Of a stretch of DNA of 64,000 nt, positions 37,750 to 48,389 are shown in pieces (positions within the stretch are counted from its first letter, which is position 1; every line of letters starts with the position of its first letter). The DNA lies in the IMG/VR virus record IMGVR_UViG_3300042273_000539. One strand, 5' to 3'. The notes under the pieces are model-generated. The model was not told where the DNA came from. It searched no databases and worked only from the letters and a program-made list of their open reading frames with translations. Made by a program: the position numbers and the translations under genes. This DNA comes from an uncultured virus (IMG/VR IMGVR_UViG_3300042273_000539). Taxonomy: Duplodnaviria > Heunggongvirae > Uroviricota > Caudoviricetes.

Positions 37750-37821
37750 TGATCAGGGTGGGAGTTGAACCCACCTGGGACACATTAAAAGTGTGTTGCA
37801 AAACCGATTTGCTACCTGACC
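37750..37821 (-). tRNA. tRNA with TTA (ochre-reading) anticodon
   Basis: GGTCAGG/CCTGATC acceptor, ACAC-TTTTAAT-GTGT anticodon arm, GTGGG-TTCAACT-CCCAC T arm. Confidence 0.65.
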
Positions 37822-37962
37822 ATAATATACAGGTCGGAATTCAACCTGTATTATACCGATACATATAATCCCTCGTTGCAACGAGTCGGTCTTACGCACC
37901 GTCTTCGCATTCCGGTGTGTCACTAGCGGGTTTGTTTTACGTCTTTTGCTATCCGAGACATT

Positions 37963-38044
37963 TGCCCTCTGTGGGTATCGCACCCACCCAGCGTGTTGCA
38001 ACAGATTTACAGTCTGCCCCTCGTCTTTAGAGGATTAAGAAGGC
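37963..38044 (-). tRNA. tRNA-Tyr(GTA)
   Basis: Loop CTGTAAA, long variable arm. Confidence 0.8.
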
Positions 38045-38049
38045 GTTTC

Positions 38050-38121
38050 CGATGATACGGGGAATTGAACCCCGATTTGGAGATCGACAATCTCCCGTAA
38101 TAGCCATTATACCATACCACC
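38050..38121 (-). tRNA. tRNA-Asp(GTC)
   Basis: Loop TTGTCGA. Confidence 0.8.
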
Positions 38122-38252
38122 ATATTTTTTATTTTAATCGGAAAGCGTTAGCAGGACTTGTCATCTACTTAAACCTGAACGTTACTCGGTCAGTCCCCTC
38201 ATAAGTGTTATCCTAACGCTTCCCCATCTTACTCTTTTATTATACAATTTTT

Positions 38253-38804
38253 TTAGTTTTTTGTCAACTCTTTTATCTTACCCCTAATAACATCAACCAG
38301 CTTTTGTTGCGTGCCTGAAAGTTTTCTTCCTGATTCAAGTTTATTAAGGATAAATACTGTTTCTCTAATGTATCTATCTCTAAAATATTTATCAGCCACT
38401 TCTAAATCACTTACGTTGTCAAGTCTGTCTGCTAGTTTTATAACTAAAGCCCAATCAGACATACCAATCATTTTATCAGAAAGATACGTCTCTTTGCCTT
38501 TCTTCTTTATTTCTTCTCCATCAGAGGTAAGTTCTTTTACTAAAGAAGCCACTAAACCACCAAACAATTTCTCTAAATCTTCTTCTGTAGTATTTGTATC
38601 TTCAATAGTATCATGAAGTAAAGCAGAAGAAATAAGTTCATCAATTTTGTGACTGTCTTTGTATTTTCTTACAATTTCAGCAACTCTTTTAGGATGCTCC
38701 ACATAAGGGACTCCTTCAAATTTTCTTTTTTGCCCTTTGTGTTTTTCGGTAGCAAAATCTTTGGCTTTTTGTTCTATGCTTTCAAGAATTTCTTCTAATT
38801 TCAT
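38253..38804 (-). CDS. HD-domain (p)ppGpp hydrolase-like protein (SpoT/Mesh1 type)
   Basis: HKGQKRK, PYVEHP, LLHDTIEDT, KLADRLDN. Confidence 0.85.
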   Translation of the reverse strand: MKLEEILESIEQKAKDFATEKHKGQKRKFEGVPYVEHPKRVAEIVRKYKDSHKIDELISSALLHDTIEDTNTTEEDLEKLFGGLVASLVKELTSDGEEIKKKGKETYLSDKMIGMSDWALVIKLADRLDNVSDLEVADKYFRDRYIRETVFILNKLESGRKLSGTQQKLVDVIRGKIKELTKN

Positions 38805-39213
38805 TTTGCTACCTCCATTTGTTTAATATTTTTCGCCACAAACTACATAAAACCCAGTTTCCTTAGCTTCAAAATCAATAGCAGTTCCTTTTTCCCAAAA
38901 ATATCCATAATCTGCTATCATAGTCGGCTTTTTATCCTTCCAAATCCAGATTATAGATGCATCAGTAGATGTTAGAATATAATCTTTTTCTGTATCAAAC
39001 TCATACTCTAAACAAGTATCATCATTTGAACTAATAGGCTTTTCTTTTGAAAAATATACGCCAAAATCCAATGGATAATCTTCATTATACATTTCGTTTT
39101 TAAAAAAAGCATGTACAAAATTATCTGGACTTCCCATTTTAATAATCATTTAAAATCTCCTTATTGACTATACTTTATTATAGAATTTTTTTAATTTTTA
39201 AACAATTATTTTT

Positions 39214-39295
39214 TGCTCCGAGAGGGACTTGAACCCTCACGCCTTGCGGCAATAGCTTTTGAGGCTACCGTGTCTACCGTTTCCACCACCGAAAC
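39214..39295 (-). tRNA. tRNA-Leu(CAA)
   Basis: Loop CTCAAAA, long variable arm. Confidence 0.85.
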
Positions 39296-39301
39296 ATTAT
39301 T

Positions 39302-39385
39302 TGCTTCAAGAGGGATTTGAACCCTCACACCCGAAGGCACTAGTTCCTTAAACTAGCGTGTTTACCAATATTACACCACTGAAGC
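39302..39385 (-). tRNA. tRNA-Leu(AAG)
   Basis: Loop TTAAGGA. Confidence 0.85.
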
Positions 39386-39577
39386 ATAAAATATATAGAA
39401 CTTGGATATTTTATTACGTAATTATTTTTATCCTCATTCTATAAAATTTGTTAAATGACTTAATATCAAGAGTAGGATTCAAACCTCTGCACGGACGTCC
39501 TTAAAAGGTGTGCTTTTCTGGCATTTCCTTTAACTGTTGTATTTAAAGGCTCTTCCTGACATCACTTAACTAATTTT

Positions 39578-39661
39578 TGCTCCAGGAGAGATTTGAACTC
39601 TCACGCCTTACGGCACTAGTTCCTTAAACTAGCGTGTTTACCAATATTACACCACTGAAGC
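39578..39661 (-). tRNA. tRNA-Leu(AAG), second copy
   Basis: 5' half identical to the 39302-39385 copy. Confidence 0.85.
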
Positions 39662-39664
39662 ATT

Positions 39665-39713
39665 TACTCTGGGAGGGACTTGAACCCTCACTCCTTACGG
39701 CACTAGTTCCTAA
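39665..39713 (-). pseudogene. 3' half of tRNA-Leu(TAG) fused to the HNH 3' end
   Basis: TTAGGAACTAG, variable arm, T arm and acceptor strand; 5' half absent. Confidence 0.7.
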
Positions 39714-40176
39714 TTTTAGAACTAAAAGTATCGGTTTGAGAATGACAGTTAGGACATATTATTCTCAAATTTTCAAATCTATTGTCATTAAATATTCCAT
39801 TAATATGGTCTATTTGTAATGATAATTTTTTTCCATTCCATAAGCTACTTTGACCACAAACTTCACATTTATCTTCTTTTAAATTGAATTCTAATAGTTT
39901 TTCTTTTATTGCTTGATTTCTCCAACCAGTTCCTTCCTTTAAAACTTTTTCAATAAATGATTCTTTTGTATGCTTATTATATCCTTGTTTTCCCTTGCTG
40001 TGAGATTGACCTAAAAAATGATCCATACTTATTTCTGCATTTTTAATACATTTTTTTATATGTGAATAATTTCCACCAGTATTTTTTAAGTTAAGATCTT
40101 TTAACACACCAGCAATACTGATATTTTTTTCTACTATTGGTTTTAAAATCTCTTTTGTATATTTTGTTTTTGGCAT
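39703..40176 (-). CDS. HNH homing endonuclease
   Basis: CEVCG, LQIDHINGIFNDNRFENLRIICPNCH; start MPKTK at 40176. Confidence 0.9.
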   Translation of the reverse strand: MPKTKYTKEILKPIVEKNISIAGVLKDLNLKNTGGNYSHIKKCIKNAEISMDHFLGQSHSKGKQGYNKHTKESFIEKVLKEGTGWRNQAIKEKLLEFNLKEDKCEVCGQSSLWNGKKLSLQIDHINGIFNDNRFENLRIICPNCHSQTDTFSSKIRN

Positions 40177-40224
40177 AGGTAATAATCCTTTTATATTAAT
40201 ATCTTTACCAATATATAAAAGTAA

Positions 40225-40306
40225 TGCTCCTGGGGAGAGTTGAACTCCCAATCCTCTCGGCCAATGTTTCTAAGACACTGATGTATACCAATTCCAACAC
40301 AGGAGC
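40225..40306 (-). tRNA. tRNA-Leu(TAG)
   Basis: Loop CTTAGAA. Confidence 0.8.
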
Positions 40307-40685
40307 GTTTTCAATCTAATTTGTAATACCAGTCTTTTATTTCTCCTGGATAATAATATGCTTCATCTCTATCATTTTTTTTAACATATATTACAATTGT
40401 ATTTTTCTTTCTTAAAAAATGTTTAATTGTGACAACTGCTGTATAAACGTTTGATTCTTCTGATATTTTTACATTTTGAACATAGCAATCACTTAATTTT
40501 AATTCATTTTTTATTGATGCATTTAAACTGGTTTTAATATTTTCTACTATATTATTGTTTATATTTTTACGTAAATCATATTCATCATTTTTATTATAAC
40601 TGAAAGTAAATGATAATAACAAAAAAATTACAGTTAAAACACCAGCAATAAAAAGACCATCATTTTTCAAGATAAAACCCCACTT

Positions 40686-40769
40686 TACTCTGGGAGGGAC
40701 TTGAACCCTCACGCCCTAACGGGCAACAGGTTTTAAGCCTGTTGTGTCTACCTATTCCACCACCAGAGC
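40686..40769 (-). tRNA. tRNA-Leu(TAA)
   Basis: Loop CTTAAAA. Confidence 0.9.
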
Positions 40770-40946
40770 ATATGTTATACGTTTTCTTCTAACACTCCTA
40801 AAATTTCTGATACTATCAAAATTACAGAAGCCACTGGTGCCACTTTAAACAGAAATAAATACCCTGCTATCCTTAATACACTTTTAACCATAGAAACAAT
40901 ATAATGTTTCTTTACATCTGGTAGTTCCATACAAACTCCTTTTTTA

Positions 40947-41018
40947 TAGTCTATAGGGGAATTGAACCCGCCATCTTAAGGATGAAAACCTCACGTCCTA
41001 CCATTAGACGAATAGACC
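40947..41018 (-). tRNA. tRNA-Glu(TTC)
   Basis: Loop TTTTCAT. Confidence 0.8.
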
Positions 41019-41023
41019 ATTGT

Positions 41024-41095
41024 TAGTCGCTAGGGGAATTGAACCCCTGATTTGAGGATGAAAACCTCATGTCCTTACCACTAGACTAAGCGACC
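41024..41095 (-). tRNA. tRNA-Glu(TTC), second copy
   Basis: Loop TTTTCAT. Confidence 0.85.
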
Positions 41096-41311
41096 ATTGT
41101 TATCTCTTAATTTCTGTTACTTCTTCATCATATGTTTTAAAACATACAAGCCCTTTACCTTCTTCACTATTATAATATACTTCATATCCCTGACGAACCA
41201 AGGCAATGATTAAAGAATCTACATACTTTTCATCGGAAATTCTCAACGCAACTTCATGTTCTTTCATTTTCCCACCTTACTCTCTTATTATATCAATTTT
41301 TTAGTTTTTTG

Positions 41312-41689
41312 TCAATATAATCTTAAGTGTCCTGTTATGGCATCTATCTTGCTTGCTTCGGCAGGACCGATACCTACACAGGTATAAGTATGAACTCCAT
41401 TAAATTCTGTAAGCCCATTGTCTTTAATCAAAGAACAAGGCAACCCTGCTTTTTTTGCTTCATCATATACAGAAAGCAATTCTTCTTCACTTTCTACATA
41501 TACTACAATTTTAGTAAAAATACCATTAAACCATTCATCCATTTCATCGTTCAAGGGAATTTCCATTACATTGTTTTTTACTTTTGCTATATCAAAAAAC
41601 ACCTTCATAGAAGCGTGGGCGCATTGTGCTCCAATTTTCCCTTTTCTCATGTTTAAGTCTTTTCTTACTACAATCACTTGTTTAACCAT
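41312..41689 (-). CDS. pth2: Peptidyl-tRNA hydrolase 2
   Basis: KQVIVVRKDLNMRKGKIGAQCAHA, FTKIVV, DNGLTEF, TCVGIGP. Confidence 0.92.
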   Translation of the reverse strand: MVKQVIVVRKDLNMRKGKIGAQCAHASMKVFFDIAKVKNNVMEIPLNDEMDEWFNGIFTKIVVYVESEEELLSVYDEAKKAGLPCSLIKDNGLTEFNGVHTYTCVGIGPAEASKIDAITGHLRLY

Positions 41690-41708
41690 TTTTACGTATC
41701 CTTTTTTA

Positions 41709-41796
41709 CGGAAGCGGTGGGGGTCGAACCCACAAGGCAGTTACGCTCGGCTGTTTTCAAGACAGTTCCCGTCGCCAGCTATCGGGTTGCGCTTCC
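41709..41796 (-). tRNA. tRNA-Ser(TGA)
   Basis: Loop CTTGAAA, long variable arm. Confidence 0.85.
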
Positions 41797-41807
41797 ATTG
41801 TGCCATA

Positions 41808-42668
41808 TTAAATATGGCAATCTACTATTGAAACTGGCGTATCTAATGGCAAAGAAGTTATAAACTCCATAAACTCTTTGAACCATTCTTTATCAGAATA
41901 TTTGTCATTAGACATTCCAAACCAACCCATTTCTCCCTTTTCTCTCCAACCAGTTTTTTCACTTACATAAGCATAAGGAACAACTCCACCATAAATTCTT
42001 GCATCAACAAACTCTTCTTTGCTGACTAAATAATCTTCAAGTTTTTCATAGAAAGCCATGTAGCTATCTTCTTCAAGATATTTCATGTAAGCCTCTACTT
42101 CTGGCTGTTTATGGTATAATACTCTCTGTTTATCTATGGTAAGATTTTCCATTTCTAAAATTTCTTTCCAAGATTTAAAGTTTCCAGTATTTGCCTCGTT
42201 AAAAACTTTATTAACGTTTTCCCAATCTTCCTCTGCTTTCTTTTTATTTTCCTCTGCTTTGCCAAAGAAATCAATATCTGAAATAGTTAATACTGGTTTA
42301 GTATAGGCATCTGGTTTTAGCTTAAAGAAATCTTCAAATCTTCCCCCAATAGTATACCAGTCCCATTTTGAAAGAGGGTTATAAGTAGAATACTTGCACC
42401 ATATTCCGCCTTCTACTCTCCAGCTATCTCTATTCCAATCCATGCCAAACTCTTTATAAAGAGTTTCCATTTCTTCTTCTTTACTTAATCCGCTTTGAAA
42501 AGGACGCCCTTCTTTTTCAAGATGTTCTTTATAGTATTCTATAAAATCGTCTTTTTCTTCTTCTGAAACATCACCGACATAATATTCATCTACTTCAATG
42601 CCTTCATAATACGGTTCAAGCATTCTATCAACATTTTCACCAAAAGCTAATACAACAAAATGGCTCAT
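41808..42668 (-). CDS. Phage hypothetical protein
   Basis: MSHF N-terminus, NPLSKWDWYTIGGR, GEMGWFG, VDCHI C-terminus; AGGAG SD. Confidence 0.7.
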   Translation of the reverse strand: MSHFVVLAFGENVDRMLEPYYEGIEVDEYYVGDVSEEEKDDFIEYYKEHLEKEGRPFQSGLSKEEEMETLYKEFGMDWNRDSWRVEGGIWCKYSTYNPLSKWDWYTIGGRFEDFFKLKPDAYTKPVLTISDIDFFGKAEENKKKAEEDWENVNKVFNEANTGNFKSWKEILEMENLTIDKQRVLYHKQPEVEAYMKYLEEDSYMAFYEKLEDYLVSKEEFVDARIYGGVVPYAYVSEKTGWREKGEMGWFGMSNDKYSDKEWFKEFMEFITSLPLDTPVSIVDCHI

Positions 42669-42694
42669 TTTACGTTCTCCTTTACAATTTAATA

Positions 42695-42779
42695 CGGATA
42701 GTAGAGGATTTGAACCTCTGGAACTTTTACATCCTCTTGTTTTCTAGACAAGTGCAATAGACCACTCTGCCAACTATCC
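42695..42779 (-). tRNA. tRNA-Ser(AGA)
   Basis: CTTGT-CTAGAAA-ACAAG, long variable arm, G73. Confidence 0.85.
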
Positions 42780-42783
42780 ATTA

Positions 42784-42855
42784 AGCCTTCCAGCGGAATC
42801 GAACCGCTATCTAAACCATACCACAGTCTTGTAATGACCATTATACTAGGAAGGC
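42784..42855 (-). tRNA. tRNA-Thr(GGT)
   Basis: Loop GTGGTAT, GCCTTCC/GGAAGGC acceptor. Confidence 0.75.
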
Positions 42856-42858
42856 AAT

Positions 42859-42996
42859 AAAAAAACCCCTGTTTTCGCAGGGGCGGTATATATTAATCGC
42901 ATCTTATTAAGATACGCCTATTCCACCCCTGTTCCTATCTTCGGATGTTGAGAGATTACTTAAATTTTTATACAACGGTCTTAAATCTTTCTTCAT
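42859..42996 (-). promoter_or_regulatory. Terminator/antiterminator with overlapping 29-codon leader ORF
   Basis: Terminator CCCCTG-CGAAAA-CAGGGG-T7; alternative pairing of CAGGGGTGG (42923-42931) with CCGCCCCTG. Confidence 0.55.
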
Positions 42997-44724
42997 ATAT
43001 TTATATCTTACCACCTTATTAAAAAAGAGTCATTTATTATCGCATCCCTTAAAAAAGAAGCAAATGCAACAAATCAAAGCCAAATAAAGAACTACATATA
43101 CAGCAATCATATTGTTTATCTTTCCTCTATTATATAAAAATTTTAGTTTTTTGTCAACTATATTTTACACCCTATCAATCTTATCAGTTGTTATAACTTC
43201 TTGCTTTTTTTCTCCAACTAATGCAATAATAGCAATACCTATAAGACCTAGAAAAAACCCAAGGCAAAATCCACCAACAGTGCTTCTTCCTCTCTTTTCA
43301 CTCATTACAGCTCCAATGATGCCAGTAATAAGCCAAATAGCAATCATTAAAAGTGTTTGTCCATCCATTCTTTTTACTCCTTCACTGATTGCAGTTCTGG
43401 TGATAACTCACTTTTCAAAATACACCTTTTGCAAGTGGTGTCTCGCTTGTGTCCAAAAAAGATGTTACCACACACAACACAACGGTTCTCATATGTACCG
43501 TTACCTTCCTTGTCTGTATGTAAAATTTCATCAAGGTTTTTCATAAACTCGGTCATACATCCACCTTCATAAATTTGTACCTTCTGCCTGTTCCAACTTC
43601 TTCCCCTATAAAGGGATATTTTCTTGCTTTTGTATTAAACCCGACAAATTTAAGAATCTTCCCGTTATAGGTAAAAGTTTTACCATAATCTTCCGGCTTT
43701 TTGCCAAACATATTACAAAGACGTTTAAATTCTGCTTCTTCTCCTGAAATATCCCAATCTGAAATAAGCCCTTTTACTGGCATAGAAAATGACGAAGGGG
43801 TATATCTAATGGTTCCAGTAGTTAAAGTTATATTATATTTATCCTTCAAACCTTTAACTGCTTCATTAAAATCTGCTCTAAACGCATCCCAATCAATAGA
43901 CATTTTCTCCTCCTATTCTACAAATCCTTTAAAAATATATTCTGTCTTTTCTTTTATTTCGGCACTAAATCTGGTAGGATTATGTTTTGTTACTTCTACA
44001 TATCCAAGTTTATCAGAATCTATATTTAGTTCATAGGTTTCATAGTCATTAGTTTGCACAATAGTACGAGTTATTTCAACAGGCGAAGTATAATCAATTC
44101 CGAAGGAAACAGCACTTAATACTATTAACAAAATACCTATCCAAAAATAAGGTTCATCAAGCCCTTCCAAAATTCCGCCAAAAAACAAAATAAGACCCAG
44201 CACAATAAAAATCATAAACAAAAATAACCACATATATAAAACTCCTTTTTACTTCATAGAAAGAGAACAGCATTACCTAACAGCGTACTCACAAGAATTT
44301 CTTCTTGCTTATGGGTGTTTCAGGGTTCCTGGTTTGCAATGCCTACTACAAACCCTTTTTCGTTTTTGCTCTCTTATTGTTCAAAATCCGTTAATTTTTC
44401 TTCACACCACTTACATTCATCATTAAGTAGTATATCGTCCCCTGTATTTAAATAGGCACACCAGTTAAATTCTTCTTTTACTAAACCAAAAAACCTTTTA
44501 TGCCTTTTGAGATAGGGACAAGGTTTTGTTACGGTTATTCCTGTTTCCATGTCATGATGAATAGTTGTATAGCAATATTCACCCTCTGGAATTTCACTTA
44601 TGTCCTTTTTATCAATAGAAGAATATCTCATTTTGATAATAGGGTGAAAATCCATTAAGTGTATAAAAATTTTATTCATCATGTTCCCTTTACTCTCTTA
44701 TTATAGCTTTTTTTTAGTTTTTTG

Positions 44725-45891
44725 TCAAGTAGCTTTAAAGTTCCATATAGGTTTTAAAGTTCTTACAATTTCAACAGATGGCTCCAAGTACCTTATAATT
44801 TCTTCTGGGTCTTTATAAGCCATAGGTGATTCGTCAAGAGTGCTTAAACCTATACAAGAGGATTTAATACCTTTCATCTGCTCTTCAAACTCTTCCATAG
44901 AAAGCGTTTTCTTTGCTTCACTTCTTGACATTTTTCTACCAGCACCATGAGGAGCAGAAAAATTCCATTCTTCATTTCCTTTTCCAGTGCCTATGATAGC
45001 ACCATCTTTCATTGAAAGAGGTATTATAACTTTCTCTCCTTTTTGAGCAGAGATAGCCCCTTTGCGGATTATACCATTTTTCAAGTCAATATAGTTATGT
45101 ACAGACTCAACTATATTATCATAACCATACTTTTCTGATATATCTTCTATAATAATATTTCTATTTATAGAAGCATATTCCTGTGCTACCATCATATGCT
45201 CTAAATACTTTGAAAAATTATCACCTTCAAGCCATTCTAGACCGCTAGTAGTTTTAGGCAATGCTTCTATAGCAAGTCGCAATTCTTCGCCTGTATATTT
45301 CTGCTTCAAAGTGTCAATATCATTTTTTCTGTAGTTTATACTCTTTGCCATATCCTGATGAAATTCTGCTATTTTTTTGCCAAAATTTCTTGAACCAGTA
45401 TGAGCTAAAAGCCAAAATTTACCTTCATTATCTTCATCTATTTCAATGAAGTGATTTCCACCACCAAGAGTGCCTAAAGATTTCATAACCCTATGAAAAC
45501 CCTGTCCTGTTTCACGGCAAACTTTCAAAACCCTTTCGTGAAAATCTTTGTCAAATTTTCTTGCATCTTTATCTCTAACACTAGAACCAGTAGGAATATT
45601 TTCTTTTGTAAATTTCTCTATGTCGTCTAAATCAAATTTCTTTGACAGACGAACAGCCAAAACTCCACATCCAATATCTACTCCTATCAAGTTAGGCACA
45701 ACCTTATCAGTAAGTTTTGCAGTATACCCTATTACGCACCCAGCGCCTGCGTGAACGTCAGGCATTACCCTTACATGTGCGTCTTTTGCCATAGGCTGAT
45801 TCAATAAAGAGATTATTTGTGATATTGCTCCTTCTTCTGCAAAATCATTATAGATTATTGCGTTTTCATACTTTCCTTTTAACTCTATCAT
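44725..45891 (-). CDS. rtcB: RtcB RNA ligase
   Basis: MPDVHAG, GVDIGCG, GTLGGGNHFIE, HTGSR, HNY, RKGA, SAPHGAGR, DESPMAYK. Confidence 0.95.
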   Translation of the reverse strand: MIELKGKYENAIIYNDFAEEGAISQIISLLNQPMAKDAHVRVMPDVHAGAGCVIGYTAKLTDKVVPNLIGVDIGCGVLAVRLSKKFDLDDIEKFTKENIPTGSSVRDKDARKFDKDFHERVLKVCRETGQGFHRVMKSLGTLGGGNHFIEIDEDNEGKFWLLAHTGSRNFGKKIAEFHQDMAKSINYRKNDIDTLKQKYTGEELRLAIEALPKTTSGLEWLEGDNFSKYLEHMMVAQEYASINRNIIIEDISEKYGYDNIVESVHNYIDLKNGIIRKGAISAQKGEKVIIPLSMKDGAIIGTGKGNEEWNFSAPHGAGRKMSRSEAKKTLSMEEFEEQMKGIKSSCIGLSTLDESPMAYKDPEEIIRYLEPSVEIVRTLKPIWNFKAT

Positions 45892-47540
45892 TTTTAACCC
45901 CTTTATTTTATTATTATATCAATTTTTTAGTTTTTTGTCAAGTAGGTTTAATCAAACAATTCATCAAGAAAGTCATGAAAACCCTCTAACAAATAATCAC
46001 GAGTTTTAAAAAATTCTCCATAAGTTTGCTCTGCATACTCTAGCGTGGAATCTACTGAATGTCCTGCAGAATAATAGTTTGCAATATCTTCATAAATTTC
46101 CTTTATTGTTTTTTTCATACTGCCTCCTTATGGCATAAATTCTATTAAATCATTTATACCACTTGCCCTTAACTCATGGTTGAAAAAATCTTCTACTTCT
46201 GCCCAAGAAACTTTTTCATCACCTTCTAGGGTAGAGGGGTATTTTCTTTTTATCCTTAAAGCCTGTTTCATATCCCAAATAAATACAGCAAGGTCTATTG
46301 CTTTTAAAGCCACGGAAAAATCATATTCCTGTTCTGGTAGAGAAAACTCTAATGTTGCTTTACATTCCATATAAACCCCTAAATAGTTATGCCAACTAAT
46401 TTCATAAGAAAAAGCATGGGTGCTGTATAAATCATTATAACACTACTAAGGTAATGTATAAAAAGAAAAAATGAAGCAATACCAACACCACCTAAAAACG
46501 TCAAAACTATAACACAACCTTCTATTTCATCATCATCACTATTATTTAAATATTTAAATGTTTTAACAACAAAAATAGTAGAAATAACCAAGAATAAAAA
46601 AGCTACTGAAGTAAATATTATGTTTCTTATGCCATAAAATGAAAGTATCTGTTGTATCCAGATAGGAACATTTTCAGAAGCAAAATCAGCCCCTTGTTTA
46701 ACAATGTCTGTTAAATACACTAAAAGTGCATTAAAATTCTCTTTTAAAATGTCGTTCATTTTTTATTCCTTTTTTTTATTATTATATAAAATTTTTACTT
46801 TTTTGTAAATTACATTTAATCACACCAGTAATATACTGGTAAATCATTAAAATCAGAAAATAAGTCAATCAGCCTTTGAAACCATTTAATAAGCAGTCCT
46901 TTATTTTTATTGGCAAGAAACACAACTTCAACTTTTCTCCCTTCGTATTCTACTTCTTTCTTCTCAAAAGACTTAAGTTTTTCTAAAATTTTCTCACAAT
47001 GTTCTTTGGTAAATCTATGGTAAACACTTACGCCTCTACCACCCAACACTCCTTTTTTCATGTTATATTCTTCTTCTTTCGGTATGACACTAAATAACAT
47101 TTTTATCGTTTCATTATCCCAAGTGTCTAGACCAAATCCACTATTTTCGTCTGGATTTGATGTTATATTATTATCCTCTGAACCATCTACTACCAAAGAA
47201 CTCTTACCTAATGCTTGTGTCAGTTTCATTTTTTATTCCTTTTTTAGTTAGCCCATTCTTTTATAGATAGGCAAGTTTCAACAACTCTTTTATCCCCTTT
47301 AGCACGAACTAAAAAAGTTGAGGACAAAAATCCTTTAAATTCTTCAAAAGATGCTTCAAAGTCGGAATCCATCTGTTTTATTTCATTTATTATTTTACTC
47401 AAACTAACACGAATTGTTTTTCTTAAAAGTGCTCCTACTTCAAGTTCAAATGAAACATTATAGAAAACTACATAATCATTTTCTAAAAGTTCATTATAGT
47501 CTGGAATATCCTCACGTTTTTTATATAAAGTTGTATTCAT

Positions 47541-48389
47541 TTAAAAAAGCCTCCCGTAGTTTGACCCGTACCAAGTTGAAGCCATATGCCCATCTTCATA
47601 GTAAATCAAACTCCTTATATCATCTTCATTGTGAGAATCTTGAATACAATAATCAAAAAATGTACAAGAAACTCCATCCACCATATACAAACTTGCCCCA
47701 AAAGGCAAATCATACAAATGAATACCTTCATTTTTCAAATCCTGCTCGTAGTTCCAAATAAACACTTGTGCTTGCCCAGCATCAGCATTTTGTTTAATCC
47801 ATTCCTGTGTTTCTTTGCTTTCTTTTGTGTCAATAGCATGATTAGGAATAGTAATTCTACGGAACGAAAGTTGTTCTACATTATTTTCCTTACAATATGT
47901 CAAATACTTTTTGAAGGTCATAAACCTATGGTCGTCCATAAGTGCATTTACCAAATTTACGGTAAGCCGTACAGTCATTCCAGCTTCACTAATAAGGGTA
48001 AAAATATCCTTCATTTTGTCAAACTGTTCAGGACTATCCATAGAAACAGCAATAGTATTCACGCCAAGAGTATAAAGATCCCCTATCATCTTATGATTCA
48101 ACATAATACCATTAGTTTGAATTTCTATAGGGAAAACTTTAAACATATTACAAACTTTTTCTACAAAACTCATGTTCAAAAGAGGTTCAGTTTTCCCTGT
48201 AATAATAATAGAATTGACTTGTGCCATTTCCGCCATGTGTCTTGCCTTAATAAGATTATCAATAAAATTCATTTTATCAATCCTATTACTTCCTGTCATT
48301 TTTGACACACAATACGGACAATTTTTATTACAAAAAAAACCGCCCTCTACAATAGAGGGGATACAGATACTCATACTATTCGCTTTCAT
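47541..48389 (-). CDS. Radical SAM protein
   Basis: CNKNCPYC, ITGKTEP, IQTNG. Confidence 0.85.
   Translation of the reverse strand: MKANSMSICIPSIVEGGFFCNKNCPYCVSKMTGSNRIDKMNFIDNLIKARHMAEMAQVNSIIITGKTEPLLNMSFVEKVCNMFKVFPIEIQTNGIMLNHKMIGDLYTLGVNTIAVSMDSPEQFDKMKDIFTLISEAGMTVRLTVNLVNALMDDHRFMTFKKYLTYCKENNVEQLSFRRITIPNHAIDTKESKETQEWIKQNADAGQAQVFIWNYEQDLKNEGIHLYDLPFGASLYMVDGVSCTFFDYCIQDSHNEDDIRSLIYYEDGHMASTWYGSNYGRLF

Noticed and set aside
39455..39560. Additional tRNA between the Leu genes
   Set aside because: Only a degenerate T-loop-like piece; no acceptor or anticodon arm could be built
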